Shown in pieces: positions 37,258 to 48,360 of a DNA stretch of 64,000 nt. Under the pieces are notes generated by a model. That model saw only the letters and a program-made list of their open reading frames with translations, searched no databases and was not told the DNA's origin. The translations under genes were made by a program, and so were the position numbers. Source of the DNA: an uncultured Bacillota bacterium (GTDB lineage Bacteria > Sysuimicrobiota > Sysuimicrobiia > Sysuimicrobiales > Segetimicrobiaceae); assembly GCA_963787105.1 (NCBI GenBank), contig CAWBBU010000010.1, positions 4,017 through 68,016 of the forward strand, written 5' to 3'. Numbering within the stretch: position 1 is the stretch's first letter; the number at the start of each line of letters is the position of its first letter.

Positions 37258-38124
37258 CTACAGGCGGTCTTTGACCAGCGCCGCGACGCCGCTTGGAAGC
37301 TCGGCCACGCGTGCGCCGGCCGCCTCGAGGGCTTTGATCTTGTGGTCCGCCGTGCCCTCGGTCCCGGAGATCACGGCCCCGGCGTGTCCCATCCGCTTGC
37401 CGACGGGCGCCGTGCGGCCGGCGATGTAGGCGACCACCGGCTTCTTGACCTCTTTGGCGATGTACCGCGCGGCTTCTTCCTCCGCGCTCCCGCCGATCTC
37501 GCCGAGCAGCACGATCGCGTGGGTCTCGGGGTCCCGGTTGAATAGCTCGAGCGCCTCGACGAACGAGGTCCCGACGACGGGATCGCCGCCGAGCCCCACG
37601 GCCGTCGACTGGCCGAGTCCGGCCTGCGTCAGGCCCCACACCACTTCGTAGGTCAGCGTCCCGCTGCGCGACACCAGCCCGACCGGGCCCGGCCGAAACA
37701 GATGCGTCGGCATGATGCCGACGCGGCATTGTCCCGGCGTCGTCACCCCGGGCCCGTTGGGCCCGAGCAGGCGCACGTGATGCTGCCGGGCGTACGCGAC
37801 CACCTCGATCGCATCGTGGACCGGCATGCCCTCGGTGATGATCACCACCGGGTTGAGGCGGCTGGCGATCGCCTCGAGCGCCGCTTCCCCCGCGAACCGC
37901 GCGGGGACGAAGATGCAGCAGGCGTTCGCGTGCGTCTCCCGCACGGCTTCGTCGACGGTGTCGAACACCGGGACGCCGTGCACCCGCTCCCCGCCCTTCC
38001 CGGGCGTGACACCCGCCACGACCGCGGTGCCCGCCTCGAGCATCTGCTTCGTATGGAAGCCTCCCTGGTACCCGGTGATCCCCTGGACGAGCAGACGCGT
38101 GTGCGCGCCGACGATCACCGGCAT
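37258..38124 (-). CDS. sucD: succinate--CoA ligase subunit alpha
   Basis: [33 protein letters not shown]..., SRSGTLTYE and GHAGAVISG. The ATG overlaps the sucC stop. The longer track ORF is an artefactual upstream extension. Confidence 0.93.
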   Translation of the reverse strand: MPVIVGAHTRLLVQGITGYQGGFHTKQMLEAGTAVVAGVTPGKGGERVHGVPVFDTVDEAVRETHANACCIFVPARFAGEAALEAIASRLNPVVIITEGMPVHDAIEVVAYARQHHVRLLGPNGPGVTTPGQCRVGIMPTHLFRPGPVGLVSRSGTLTYEVVWGLTQAGLGQSTAVGLGGDPVVGTSFVEALELFNRDPETHAIVLLGEIGGSAEEEAARYIAKEVKKPVVAYIAGRTAPVGKRMGHAGAVISGTEGTADHKIKALEAAGARVAELPSGVAALVKDRL

Positions 38125-39251
38125 CAGCGTGCGCCCCGCTTGCCGGACGCCGCCTTCGCGAGTTCCACCGCGACGCGCGCCCCCTCGTTGGGATCCAGCC
38201 CCGCGGCGATGCCCGCCTCGCGGAGGATCCGTTGCCCTTCCACTTCGTTCGTCCCGGTCAGTCGGATGCTCGCCGGCACCTTCGGCGGGTTGTCGACGAT
38301 GCCGCGCGCCACGTCGTCGCACCGCGTGATCCCGCCGAAGATGTTGATGAAGATCGCCCGCACCCCGGGCTTTCGCTGGACGATCCCGAGCGCGGTCTGC
38401 ATCGACTCGGCGCTCGCGCCGCCCCCGATGTCGAGAAAGTTCGCGGCACGGCCGCCGAAGTGCACGAGGAGATCGAGGGTGCTCATCACGAGCCCGGCGC
38501 CGTTGCCGATCACGGCGATGTCCCCGTCGAGCTCCACGTACGAGAGCCCGTGCTTCTTGGCCTCGGCTTCCAACTCGGTCATCTCCTCGTTGACCGGCAG
38601 GTCCGCGTGCCGGTACGCCGCGTTGTCGTCGAGGACGAGCTTCGCATCGACGCACAAGAGGTGGCCGCCGACGCGGGCGAGCGGGTTGATCTCCGCGAGG
38701 TCCGCGTCCTCGGTCCAATACAGCCGGTACAGCGCGGTCGCGATCTTGACGAACTCGTCGAGCAGCGCCCCAGACAGCCAGAGGCGCCGCCCGAGCGCGC
38801 GCGCCTGGAAGACGCGAAACCCGAGGAACGGCTCAATGTCGGCGCGGGCGATCTTTTCCGGATCGGTCTGCGCGATGGTCTCGATCTCGACGCCGCCCTC
38901 GGCGGACGCGATCGCGACGACGTGCCCGGACCGCCGGTCGGTGACGAACGCGAGGTAGTACTCGGTCTCGATGTCCACGGCCTCGGCCACCAGCACGCGC
39001 GTGACGCGCTCGCCCTTGATGTCCATCCCGAGGATCGCCGTCGCGCGCTCCTGCGCCTCGGCGGGCGTCGCGGCCAGCTTGATGCCCCCGGCCTTCCCGC
39101 GGCCCCCGACCAGCACCTGGGCTTTGACGACAACGGGATAGCGCAGCGAGAGCCCGCCAACCTGGTCCGACCGCTCGATGACGACCCCGTTCTGAATGGG
39201 GAGCCCGTAGCGGGCGAAGAACTCTTTGGCCTGGTACTCATGGAGTTTCAT
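38124..39251 (-). CDS. sucC: ADP-forming succinate--CoA ligase subunit beta
   Basis: [22 protein letters not shown]..., [20 protein letters not shown] and [10 protein letters not shown]. Confidence 0.93.
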   Translation of the reverse strand: MKLHEYQAKEFFARYGLPIQNGVVIERSDQVGGLSLRYPVVVKAQVLVGGRGKAGGIKLAATPAEAQERATAILGMDIKGERVTRVLVAEAVDIETEYYLAFVTDRRSGHVVAIASAEGGVEIETIAQTDPEKIARADIEPFLGFRVFQARALGRRLWLSGALLDEFVKIATALYRLYWTEDADLAEINPLARVGGHLLCVDAKLVLDDNAAYRHADLPVNEEMTELEAEAKKHGLSYVELDGDIAVIGNGAGLVMSTLDLLVHFGGRAANFLDIGGGASAESMQTALGIVQRKPGVRAIFINIFGGITRCDDVARGIVDNPPKVPASIRLTGTNEVEGQRILREAGIAAGLDPNEGARVAVELAKAASGKRGAR

Positions 39252-39255
39252 CGGA

Positions 39256-40195
39256 TTACCTCTTGACCAGCCCGACGTTCTCGCGGATGTTCTTGACCGC
39301 CTCGTCGAACGCCGCGCGTTCCGTCGGGTCGAGCGGGACGTCGTAGATCCGCTCGACGCCGCCGGCGCCGAGCAGTGCCGGCACGCCGACAAACAGATCC
39401 TTGACGCCATACTGCCCGGTCAGGTACGCCGAGAGCCCCATCAGGCGCTTGCGGTCGAGCAGGATCGCCTCGACCATCTGCGCGATCGCCGCCCCGGGGG
39501 CGAAGAACGCGCTTCCGGTCTTGAGGAGGGCCACGATCTCGGCCCCGCCCTTGCGCGTGCGCTCGACGATCGCCCGAATGCGGTCCGGCGGCAAGCAGCT
39601 CGCGCAGCGGGATGCTGCCGACCGAGGCGTAGCTCGCGAGCGGCACCATATGGGTGTCGCTGTGCGCGCCGATCACCATCGCCGAGACGTCCAGCACCGA
39701 CACCCCGAGCTCGCGGGCGATGAAGGTGCGGAACCGCGTGCTGTCGAGCGCGCCGCTCTGGCCCATCACCCGCTCGGGCGGAAAGCCGCTCGCCTGATAC
39801 GCGAGGTACACCATGACGTCGAGGGGATTCGTCACCACGAGCAGCACGGAGCGCGGCGACCGCCGGGCGACCTCCTTGGTGACGCTCGTGACGATGCCGG
39901 CGTTGACGTTGAGCAGGTCCTCGCGCGTCATCCCGGGTTTCCGGGCCACGCCGGCGACGATCACCACGACGTCGGAGCCCGCGGTGTCGTCGTAGCTGTT
40001 GCTGCCGGTGACGCTGACGTCGAAGCCTTCGATCGGCCCCGCCTGGCTCAGATCGAGGGCCTTGCCCTGCGGCATCCCCTCGACGACATCCACGAGCACG
40101 ACGTCGGCGAGCCGGTGCGACACGATCCACTGCGCCGCGGAGTGTCCGACGTTGCCGGCGCCGACGATGCTGACCTTTGGGTGCGTGGCTGGCAC
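39256..40195 (-). pseudogene. mdh: malate dehydrogenase (LDH-like family), 1-nt frameshift near 39595
   Basis: GTG 40193-40195 follows [28 protein letters not shown]..., [19 protein letters not shown] and [13 protein letters not shown] run to IPLRELL. The adjacent frame then gives [32 protein letters not shown]... (ORF 39256..39594). Length is 3n+1. Confidence 0.85.
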
Positions 40196-40217
40196 GGGCT
40201 GCTCCCCTTCCCCTGCG

Positions 40218-41464
40218 ACTACAGCTCGCCGATCACGGCGGTCGCGAACTCGCTCGTCTTGACCTCGCGCGCGCCGTCCATGAGGCGCGCGAGGTCGTAG
40301 GTCACGATCTTCTTGCGGAACGTCGCCTCGAGCGCGCGAACGATGGCGTCCGCCGCCTCGTTCCAGCCGAGGTGCTCGCAGCATCATCACGCCCGACAGG
40401 ATCAGCGACCCGGGGTTGACCTTGTCCAGGTTGGCGTACTTGGGCGCGGTCCCGTGGGTCGCCTCAAACACCGCGTGGTGGTCGCTCAGGTTGCCGCCGG
40501 GAGCCATCCCGATCCCGCCCACCTGCGCCGCGACCGCGTCCGAGAGATAGTCGCCGTTCAGATTGCTCGTGGCGATCACGCTGAACGACTTGGGCCGCGT
40601 CAGCACGTGCTGGAACGTGACGTCGGCGATGTAGTCCTGGATCAGCACCTTGCCGGCCGGCGTCTTGCCGCCGTGATGCTTCTCGACGTCGTCCCACGAG
40701 ATCGTCTGGCCGCCGAACTCCTCGCGGGCCAGCTCGTAGCCCCAATCCTTGAACGCGCCTTCCGTGTACTTCATGATGTTGCCCTTGTGCACCAGCGTGA
40801 CGCTGGGCCGCCGGTGATCGATCGCGTACTGAATCGCCTTCCGGATCAGCCGCTTGCTGCCGTACGGGCTCATCGGCTTGAGGCCGACGCCCGCATCCGC
40901 ACGGACCTTCCACTTGAACTCGCGGTTGACGAAGTCGATGAGCTTCTTCGCGTCGGCGGTGCCGCTCGCGAACTCGTACCCGACGTAGATATCCTCCATG
41001 TTCTCGCGGAAGATCACCATGTCGACCTGGTCGGGGTGCTTGACCGGGCTCGGGACGTTCTCGAAATAGCGGACCGGCCGGACGCACGCGTACAGGTCGA
41101 GCAGCTGCCGGAGCGCGACGTTCAGGCTGCGCATCCCGCCACCGATCGGGGTCGTGAGCGGCCCTTTGATGCCCACGACGTAGTGGGAGAACGCGCGCAG
41201 CGTGTCCTCGGGCAGCCAGGACTTGAACCGCTCGTGCGATTTCTCGCCGGCGAACACCTCGAACCACACGATCCGGCGCTTCTTCGCATACGCCCGCTCG
41301 ACGGCGGCGTCGAGGACGCGCACCGTCGCGCGCCAGATGTCGGGGCCGGTGCCGTCGCCCTCGATGTAGGGGATGATCGGCGTGTCCGGCACGAGCATCT
41401 TGCCGTCCTTGATCTCGATCCGTTGGCCCTCTTTGGGAGGGGTGAGCGTGTCGAGCGTCAGCAT
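40218..41464 (-). pseudogene. icd: NADP-dependent isocitrate dehydrogenase, two 1-nt frameshifts (near 40380 and 40260)
   Basis: ATG 41462-41464 follows [56 protein letters not shown] and [11 protein letters not shown] run to LILSGVMML. The text continues as [39 protein letters not shown] and [13 protein letters not shown] in shifted frames. Length is 3n+2. Confidence 0.85.
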
Positions 41465-41516
41465 CGAACGTGCTCCTTTCAGGCGCCGCCCCGATCGGAC
41501 GCCGCGCCCGCGTGGA

Positions 41517-42269
41517 TCAGGTTCCGCGCGGCTCCTTGCGGCCTCCGAAGACGCGCAACAGGGCGCGCCACGGGTCGAAGAAATCGTCTGCCACGCGCTC
41601 CTTGAGGGGGATGATCGCATTGTCGGTGATGTGGATGTGTTCGGGGCAGACCTCTTCGCAGCACTTCGTGATGTTGCAGAACCCGAGGCCGCCGCGCCCA
41701 TGGAGCAGTCCGGTGCGGGACTCGACGTCCTTGGGGTGCATCTCGAGGCTGGCGATGCGGACCATGAAGCGCGGCCCGTAATACTTGTCGGTGTCGTGGT
41801 GCTCGCGCAGCACGTGGCAGACGTCCTGGCAGAGGAAGCACTCGATGCACTTGCGGAACTCGAACAGCCGCTCCACGTCCTCCGGGTACATCCGCCACGG
41901 CCCGGTATCGCCCGGCGCGTGCGTGAACGGCGGGATCTCCTTATTGACGCGGTAGTTCCACGACACGTCCGTCACGAGGTCCTTGATCAGCGGGAACACC
42001 TTGATCGGCCGGACCGTGATCGGCTCCGTGCCCAACGCATCGAGGCGCGTCTTGCACATGAGCCGCGGCTTGCCGTTGACCTCGGCGCTGCACGAACCGC
42101 ACTTCGCGGCTTTGCAGTTCCAGCGGCAGGCGAGCGTCGAGTCCTGGTGCGCCTGAATGTAGTGGATCGCATCGAGGACCACCATGCCCTCGACCACCGG
42201 CACCGTGTAGGTGTGCAGATCTCCGCCGGACTGATCGCCGCGGAAGACTTGGAACGTCGCGTCCGCCAT
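41517..42269 (-). CDS. sdhB: succinate dehydrogenase/fumarate reductase iron-sulfur subunit
   Basis: 250 aa with three Cys clusters ([13 protein letters not shown]; [11 protein letters not shown]; [12 protein letters not shown]). Confidence 0.9.
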   Translation of the reverse strand: MADATFQVFRGDQSGGDLHTYTVPVVEGMVVLDAIHYIQAHQDSTLACRWNCKAAKCGSCSAEVNGKPRLMCKTRLDALGTEPITVRPIKVFPLIKDLVTDVSWNYRVNKEIPPFTHAPGDTGPWRMYPEDVERLFEFRKCIECFLCQDVCHVLREHHDTDKYYGPRFMVRIASLEMHPKDVESRTGLLHGRGGLGFCNITKCCEEVCPEHIHITDNAIIPLKERVADDFFDPWRALLRVFGGRKEPRGT

Positions 42270-42278
42270 TGCCGCCTC

Positions 42279-44000
42279 CTAGGCCTTCGGCTCGAGCAGC
42301 CGAGCCAGCTCCGGGGGCATCTGCGGCACCGGGGCGGTCGTCACCGTCATGCCGCTCGCCTCGCGCTTCACGACGAGGTTCTTGCGCCCCCACTCGGGAT
42401 CCTGATCGGGATAGTCGAGCCGCCAATGCGAGCCCCGGCTCTCGGTCCGCTCGATCGCGGCCCGGAAGATCGCTTCGCACAGCTCGAGCATGAACCGCAC
42501 GTCCCGGCACGTGTGCCAGCCCGGGTTGAACAGCATCGAGCCGCCGACGTGCATCTGTCCCGCGCGTTCCTGGAGCACGAGGATCTTCGCGAGCCCCTCC
42601 TTCAGCTGGTCGGCCGTGCGGGCGATGCCTGCGTGCACGCCCATCACGTCCTGCAGCTCCTCGTGCAGCTGGTAGGGGTTCTCCTTGCCGGCGCTCTCGA
42701 ACGGCGCGAGCAGGAGTCGGCGCTCCGCCTCGGCCTGGGCGTCATCCACCGCGGGCTCCTGCGCCAGTTCGTTCGCGTACCGCGCGGCGTGCTCGCCCGC
42801 GCGCTTGCCGAAGACGAGGAGGTCGCCGAGCGAGTTGCCGCCGAGCCGGTTCGACCCGTGGAGCCCCGCGGCCACCTCGCCGGCCGCGTACAACCCGGGA
42901 ATGCTCGTCTCGCCCGTGCCCGGGCCGACCCGCACCCCGCCCATCACGTAGTGGATCGTGGGGGCCACTTCCATCGGGGTCTTCGTGATGTCGATGTCGG
43001 CGAGCGTGAGGAACTGGTCGTACATGCTCGGGAGCTTCTTCTTGATGTACTCGGCGCCCCGCTGCGAAATGTCGAGGAACGCCCCGCCGTGCGGGCTGCC
43101 CCGTCCGGCCTGGACTTCCTTATAGATGGAGCGCGCGACGACGTCGCGGCTGCTCAGCTCCATCTTCTTCGGATCATAGACCTGCATGAAGCGCTCGCCC
43201 TTGGAGTTCAGGAGGATGCCGCCCTCGCCGCGCACCGCCTCGGTGACGAGGATGCCGCGCACACCCGACGGCCAGACCATCCCGGTCGGATGGAACTGCA
43301 CCATCTCCATGTCCATCAGCTCGGCGCCGGCCTCGTACGCCATCGCGCAGCCGTCCCCGGTGCACTCCCAGGAGTTGCTCGTCACTTTGAAGACCTTGCC
43401 CCACCCGCCGGTCGCCAGCACCACGGCCTTCGCCCGCATCAGGACGAAGCGTCCGTCCTCGCGCCGGTACCCGATCGCGCCGGCGATCCGGTCGCCGTCC
43501 TTCAGGAGGCGCGTCAGGGTCACTTCCATGTGGACCTCGACCCCGGAGTGCACGACCTTGTCCTGCATCGTCCGGATCAGCTCGAGCCCGGTCCGGTCGC
43601 CGACGTGGCACAGCCGCCGGTACGTGTGCGCGCCGAACGGCCGCTGCATGATGCGCCCGTCGGGCGTCCGGTCGAACAACCCGCCCCACCGCTCGAGCTC
43701 GTAGACCCGGTCGGGGACTTCCTTGGCGAACAGCTCGACCATCCGGTAGTCGTTGATCATCTGGCCGCCGCGCATCGTGTCGGCGAAATGGACCCCCCAG
43801 TTATCCTGCGGGTCCACGTTGCCGAGCGCCGCGGCGATGCCGCCCTCGGCCATCACCGTGTGCGCCTTGCCGAGCAGGGACTTGCAGACCAGGCCGACCG
43901 ACACGCCGGCCTCCGCGGCGGCGACCGCCGCGCGCAGGCCGGCACCGCCCGCGCCGATGATCAGCACGTCGTGCTGGTACGTCTCGTACCACTCAGCCAC
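42279..44000 (-). CDS. sdhA: succinate dehydrogenase/fumarate reductase flavoprotein subunit
   Basis: 573 aa with DVLIIGAGGAGLRAA, HTVMAEGG (FAD His), FHPTG, and HGSNRLGGNSL. Confidence 0.93.
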   Translation of the reverse strand: MAEWYETYQHDVLIIGAGGAGLRAAVAAAEAGVSVGLVCKSLLGKAHTVMAEGGIAAALGNVDPQDNWGVHFADTMRGGQMINDYRMVELFAKEVPDRVYELERWGGLFDRTPDGRIMQRPFGAHTYRRLCHVGDRTGLELIRTMQDKVVHSGVEVHMEVTLTRLLKDGDRIAGAIGYRREDGRFVLMRAKAVVLATGGWGKVFKVTSNSWECTGDGCAMAYEAGAELMDMEMVQFHPTGMVWPSGVRGILVTEAVRGEGGILLNSKGERFMQVYDPKKMELSSRDVVARSIYKEVQAGRGSPHGGAFLDISQRGAEYIKKKLPSMYDQFLTLADIDITKTPMEVAPTIHYVMGGVRVGPGTGETSIPGLYAAGEVAAGLHGSNRLGGNSLGDLLVFGKRAGEHAARYANELAQEPAVDDAQAEAERRLLLAPFESAGKENPYQLHEELQDVMGVHAGIARTADQLKEGLAKILVLQERAGQMHVGGSMLFNPGWHTCRDVRFMLELCEAIFRAAIERTESRGSHWRLDYPDQDPEWGRKNLVVKREASGMTVTTAPVPQMPPELARLLEPKA

Positions 44001-44015
44001 CGCGGCGCCCCCTCC

Positions 44016-44759
44016 TCAAAACAACCTGGGGTCCGTGATCGCGCCGGAGAGCAGCAGCCGGATGTAGATATCGACGAAGCTCACGGAGAACAGGCTCGCC
44101 CACGCCCAGAACGCGTGGCGGTAGTTCAGCGGATTCACCCACTGCCAGAACCGAAACCGGACCCGGCCGCCCCGTGCGCACGAAAAGCAGTCGAGGTTGC
44201 CGCCGACAATATGCCGCAGCGCGTGGCAGCCCAAGGTGTACCCGCTCAGCAGCAGCACGTTCAGCAAGAACAAGAGCGACCCGAGGTGCACGCCGAACTG
44301 CCCGTTGAAAAAGAACGCGTCGATCGCATCGCGCCACAGGAACGCGAGCACGATGATGGCGAGATACAGCATGTAGCGGTGCAGGTTGTTCAAGATGAAC
44401 GGGAGCTTCGTCTCGCCCGCGTACCCGGCCCGCGTCTCGGGGATCATGCACGACACCGGGTCGCGGAAGAACGACCGGAAGTAGGCCTTCCGGTAGTAGT
44501 AGCACGTCGCGCGGAACCCCGCCGGCACCCAGACGACCCAGAACGCCGGCGAGATCGGGATCCCTCGGATCGACACCGGCGGCGAGTAAAACGGCGACAG
44601 GTACGGCGCGAAGTAGCCGTGTCCCTGGAGGGCCGCCCAGATCGAGTAGACGACAAAGCCGCTGAGAATGACGACGGTGGCGATCGGTTGAAGCCACCAC
44701 GGATACGCGGGGGCGTGCGAATGCGATACAGCCTGATCAGCCATGGGAACTCCAGACAC
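44016..44759 (-). CDS. sdhC: succinate dehydrogenase cytochrome b subunit (b558 family type)
   Basis: 247-aa five-TM protein with conserved His residues (NNLHRYML, GCHALRHI), located first in the sdhCAB order. Confidence 0.75.
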   Translation of the reverse strand: MSGVPMADQAVSHSHAPAYPWWLQPIATVVILSGFVVYSIWAALQGHGYFAPYLSPFYSPPVSIRGIPISPAFWVVWVPAGFRATCYYYRKAYFRSFFRDPVSCMIPETRAGYAGETKLPFILNNLHRYMLYLAIIVLAFLWRDAIDAFFFNGQFGVHLGSLLFLLNVLLLSGYTLGCHALRHIVGGNLDCFSCARGGRVRFRFWQWVNPLNYRHAFWAWASLFSVSFVDIYIRLLLSGAITDPRLF

Positions 44760-44917
44760 CTGACCTTGGGAACCTGGGGGGGTGTTCGGGCCTGGCTCCG
44801 GCGTTTCCTCCCCCGCCGTCCGCCGGAGCCGCGCGCCGCAGGATCGCGCCGCGCGCCCGCCAAACAGTCAGGTGCCCACCGCGCACCGGCACGGCGGCGG
44901 CGATCGGGGAGGGCCCC

Positions 44918-45955
44918 ATGAATTTTTCCAACGTCCTCTGGATCCTCTTCCTCGTGTCGATCCTCCAGCCGATTCTCGCCCGCCAGTTTCAGCAGATGTC
45001 GCGCTACCGTCTGCTGCAGCAGCTCGAGCGGCAGCGCGGAAGCCGCGTGATCGCGCTCATCCACCGCGAGGAAACGGTCAACTTCCTCGGCATTCCGATC
45101 GTCCGCTACATCGACATCCAGGACTCGGAGGATCTCCTGCGGGCGATCCGGCTCACGCCGCCCGACCTGCCGATCGACGTCATCCTCCACACGCCGGGCG
45201 GCCTGGTGCTGGCGTCCGAGCAGATCGCGTGGGCGCTCGGCGACCACCCGGGCCGCGTCACGGTCTTCGTGCCGCACTACGCGATGTCCGGGGGCACGCT
45301 CATTGCGCTCGCGGCCGATCAGATTGTGATGGACGCACACGCCGTCCTGGGCCCGGTCGACCCCCAGTTAGGCCAGTATCCGGCGGTCTCGATCGTCGCG
45401 GCCGTGAGCCGCAAGCCGATCGAGCGGGTCAGCGACGACACGCTGATCCTGGCCGATGTCTCGAGGAAAGCGCTCGCCCAGGTCCACGCCGCGGTCGTCA
45501 CGTTGGCGAGCCGGCGGCTGCCGCCGGACCAGGCCGAATCGCTCGCCGCCGCGCTGACGGGGGGCACCTGGACACACGACTATCCGATCAGGGTCGCGGA
45601 GGCGCGCACGCTCGGCTTCGATGTCAGCACCGACATGCCGCGGGTGATCTACGATCTCATGCAGCTCTATCCGCAGAGCGGCCGGCGGCGTCCGTCCGTC
45701 GAATACATCCCGATGCCCTACCGGACCCCGGCGGCCCCGCCCACCGCACGACCCCGGGCACGAGTAGCCGAGCGCGCACGGCGCGGACGGCCCGGTGCCT
45801 CGGGGCCTGACGCGTCCGCCCGCCGGGGCTATCGGCGCCGCGCACCGAGCTGGTGCCAGCTCGTCTCCCGCATCTCGACGCCAAAATGCCTCGCCGCCGC
45901 TTCAATGTTCGCGAACGCGAGGTCGCGTTCGTCGTCGGTGACGTCCTGCACCTGA
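44918..45955 (+). CDS. SDH-family Clp-fold serine proteinase (DUF114-like); 3' end uncertain
   Basis: N-terminal TM segment, then RVIALIHREE..., ILHTPGGLVLASEQIA and YAMSGGTLIALAADQIVM (catalytic Ser). The basic tail after about 45740 overlaps the convergent gene 45829..46119 and is probably not real. Confidence 0.65.
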   Translation: MNFSNVLWILFLVSILQPILARQFQQMSRYRLLQQLERQRGSRVIALIHREETVNFLGIPIVRYIDIQDSEDLLRAIRLTPPDLPIDVILHTPGGLVLASEQIAWALGDHPGRVTVFVPHYAMSGGTLIALAADQIVMDAHAVLGPVDPQLGQYPAVSIVAAVSRKPIERVSDDTLILADVSRKALAQVHAAVVTLASRRLPPDQAESLAAALTGGTWTHDYPIRVAEARTLGFDVSTDMPRVIYDLMQLYPQSGRRRPSVEYIPMPYRTPAAPPTARPRARVAERARRGRPGASGPDASARRGYRRRAPSWCQLVSRISTPKCLAAASMFANARSRSSSVTSCT

Positions 45956-46119
45956 TCGAACCTTGCGATCGCATTGCGCACGTGCGCCGCGTCCGTCATC
46001 GGCTCTTTGCGCGCGCGGGGAAACGCGAAGGCGCTCTCTGGGAGCGCATTGGTCTCGGCGGCGTTCAGGCGGCCGGGCATTTCAGAACCTTCCTGCGGCT
46101 TCCACGTAGCCTGCGGCAT
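45829..46119 (-). CDS. DUF6582-like small protein
   Basis: 96 aa with LPESAFAFPRARKEPMTDAAHVRNAIARFDQVQDVTDDERDLAFANIEAAARHFGVE. The family name is recalled from this motif, not verified. Confidence 0.55.
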   Translation of the reverse strand: MPQATWKPQEGSEMPGRLNAAETNALPESAFAFPRARKEPMTDAAHVRNAIARFDQVQDVTDDERDLAFANIEAAARHFGVEMRETSWHQLGARRR

Positions 46120-46282
46120 GTCGTGACCCTCCCTGTGAGTGCCGTGCCTCTAGAGATGACTCGCCATCGATATGATGGTACCCCGTCCGGACGCCAGTGA
46201 CACCGATCCACGGGTGGTGGATGTGAGGGTAGATTTTCATCCGGCGGGCCCTCGGCGCCCCGTGCGGCTCGGCGCGCTGGGA

Positions 46283-48295
46283 TCAGCCGTCCGGCGTCAG
46301 GCCGAGATGGGTGCGCAGCGAGGCCTCGACCTTTTGCAGGGCGTCGCGCCACGTCGCCCGGTGCGTAAACAGATGTGTCTCGCCCGGATAGTAGTGGGTC
46401 TCGAACGTTTTCCCGTGACGCACGCAGTCTTCCACGATCAGATCGAGCTGCTTGAACGGCACCGCGGTGTCCCGGGTGCCGTGGAAGTTAATCAGCGGCA
46501 CGCGCATCTGCTCGACGAGATGCCGCGGGGAGGCGTTCCGCCACACGTCCGGCGCCTGCTCGCGCGTGCCGCCCGCGCGGCCGAGGAAGTAGTCGTACGG
46601 CGGGCGGTAGAACTCCTTGGCCCACTGCATCCACCGGTCGAAATCCCAGATGCCGGCCATGTTGATGCCGAGCGCAAACGTCCCGGGCGAGCGGCAGAGC
46701 GACGCGAGCGTCAGCCAGCCCCCGTAGCTGAGGCCCCAGACGCCGACACGGTCCGGGTCGACGAACGGCAGGCTCTTCACGTACTCGCCCGCGCCGACGC
46801 AGTCCTCGCACTCGCGGACGCCGAGCCCTCTCGAATTGCCCTGCTCGAACGCGCGGCCGTATCCGATCCCGCCGCGGTAGTTGACCATGTAGGTGACCAT
46901 GCCGAGCCCGGCGAGCCACAGCGACACCGCGTAGAAGAACGCGTACGCCTCTAGCGGCGGAAAGCCGTCGCGCATCTGCCGGTGGCCTCCGCCGTGCACA
47001 TACACCAGCGCCGGATACCGGCGGCCGGGCTCGAGGGGCTCCGGTGTGAGGAGATAGCCGGGGATCTCCCAGCCGAGCGCCCCGCGGGTCGTGGCGGCCT
47101 TCGGCTGCGGGAACCGCGCAGGGTCGACGCCCGGCGGCATCGCGCCGACCAGACGGCGCATCTCACGCCCGCCGCGATCCACCACCCAGATCTCGGGGGC
47201 GTGCTGCACGGTGCTGTGCTTGAATGCGATCTGACCGCCCGAGGGAGCCCACTCCGGCTCTACGCTCGTCCCGGCGGGACGCGTCACCTGGCGCAGCGCG
47301 CCGCTGTCGAGATCGACGCTGAAGAGATGCCGCTGCCCTAAATTGAGCCGGTTCGTGGAGAAGACGACCTCACGCCCGTCGGGGCTGATCCTCGGCGCGT
47401 CGACCGAGTGACCGACGTCCTCGGCATCACCCCCCGTGAGCGTCCTGAGCGCGCCGGTGTCCGTGTCGATCAGGTAGAGGTGCCACCATCCCTCGTGGCG
47501 CAGCACGAGGACTGCGTGCCGCCCGTCGGGATGCGGCTGCGGCACGAAGTCGCCGCCGAGCCCCTCGGGCTCCTCCTCGCGGTGCACGACGCGCGCCACG
47601 GGCGCCGGCGACGTCCCGGCCACGTCCAGCACGCACCACTCCCGGAGCGTATACGGCACCGACGTCCGGACGAAGAGGAGGCGTCCCGGGCGCAGCCAGA
47701 CAGCCGATCCCTCAAGCTCCTCGGTGTCGGTGCGCCAGAGCACCCGGCCCGTGGCCGACACCACGGCGAGGTCCCACCGCTCGCCGGCGACGATCGCCAC
47801 CGCCAGCATCGCGCCGTCCGGCGACCACGCGAGCGGGGCCTCATGGTACAGGGCCCGCACCGCCCACGGCAGCTTGAGCGCGCGCAGCGCCGGCCGGTCG
47901 AGGTCCAAGATCCAGGCTTGTGACGACGCGACGAACGCGCAGCGGGCCCCCTGCGGCGCCCAGCACAACGCGGTCACCGGACTGGAGCCGGCATACAGCT
48001 CGACGCGGGCCCACCCGCCCACGCCGTCGGCCCGATGCGGGCGCGTGGCGGCGAGGAGGCGGCCTCCCTGGACGTACCCGATGCGGCCGTCCGGCGCCCA
48101 CGCGAACGCGGTGACCGGCGGGTCCCCCTCGGAGATCTCGGTCACGCGGGCGCTGGCCGCGTCCACCATCCGGAGCGTGAACCGGCCGCCGTCGTCGTGG
48201 ATGTACGCGATCGACCGGCCGTCGGGCGACCACGCGTGGCCCGCCGTGAACGTGATGCCGAGCACCTGGTCGAGCGTCAGCGCCGGGCCCGTCAT
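46283..48295 (-). CDS. S9 family peptidase (beta-propeller plus prolyl-oligopeptidase-type alpha/beta hydrolase)
   Basis: Intact 670-aa ORF. N-terminal WD40/TolB-like repeats (WSPDG, ISPDG) and a C-terminal catalytic domain with the nucleophile elbow GLSYGGW followed by FHGTRDTAVP. Confidence 0.85.
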   Translation of the reverse strand: MTGPALTLDQVLGITFTAGHAWSPDGRSIAYIHDDGGRFTLRMVDAASARVTEISEGDPPVTAFAWAPDGRIGYVQGGRLLAATRPHRADGVGGWARVELYAGSSPVTALCWAPQGARCAFVASSQAWILDLDRPALRALKLPWAVRALYHEAPLAWSPDGAMLAVAIVAGERWDLAVVSATGRVLWRTDTEELEGSAVWLRPGRLLFVRTSVPYTLREWCVLDVAGTSPAPVARVVHREEEPEGLGGDFVPQPHPDGRHAVLVLRHEGWWHLYLIDTDTGALRTLTGGDAEDVGHSVDAPRISPDGREVVFSTNRLNLGQRHLFSVDLDSGALRQVTRPAGTSVEPEWAPSGGQIAFKHSTVQHAPEIWVVDRGGREMRRLVGAMPPGVDPARFPQPKAATTRGALGWEIPGYLLTPEPLEPGRRYPALVYVHGGGHRQMRDGFPPLEAYAFFYAVSLWLAGLGMVTYMVNYRGGIGYGRAFEQGNSRGLGVRECEDCVGAGEYVKSLPFVDPDRVGVWGLSYGGWLTLASLCRSPGTFALGINMAGIWDFDRWMQWAKEFYRPPYDYFLGRAGGTREQAPDVWRNASPRHLVEQMRVPLINFHGTRDTAVPFKQLDLIVEDCVRHGKTFETHYYPGETHLFTHRATWRDALQKVEASLRTHLGLTPDG

Positions 48296-48360
48296 CGCCG
48301 CGTCCTCCTCGTCGAGCGGGGTTCAACCTGCGCGCCTGTCGCGGGACCCGCCGGAGGGAC

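Noticed and set aside
39248-41701. 817-aa ORF that looks like an Icd-Mdh fusion protein.
   Set aside because: Reading the translation shows Icd sequence, then about 60 residues of Arg-rich nonsense, then Mdh sequence. The natural Icd C-terminus, its stop codon, and an RBS plus GTG for mdh are all present in other frames. The fusion is produced by frameshift errors.
41373-44921. 1182-aa plus-strand ORF, the longest in the track.
   Set aside because: It lies antisense to the well-supported sdhC-sdhA-sdhB genes. Its composition is dominated by R, P, A, G, H and D with no recognisable motif, and it has no RBS. This is a typical high-GC shadow ORF.
45740-45955. Basic C-terminal tail of the SDH-family protease ORF, which overlaps the convergent DUF6582-like gene by 127 nt.
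   Set aside because: The tail is Arg/Ala/Pro-rich and unlike the family. It probably results from a missed stop after an indel. The feature is kept with its 3' end flagged as uncertain, rather than reported as a genuine gene overlap.
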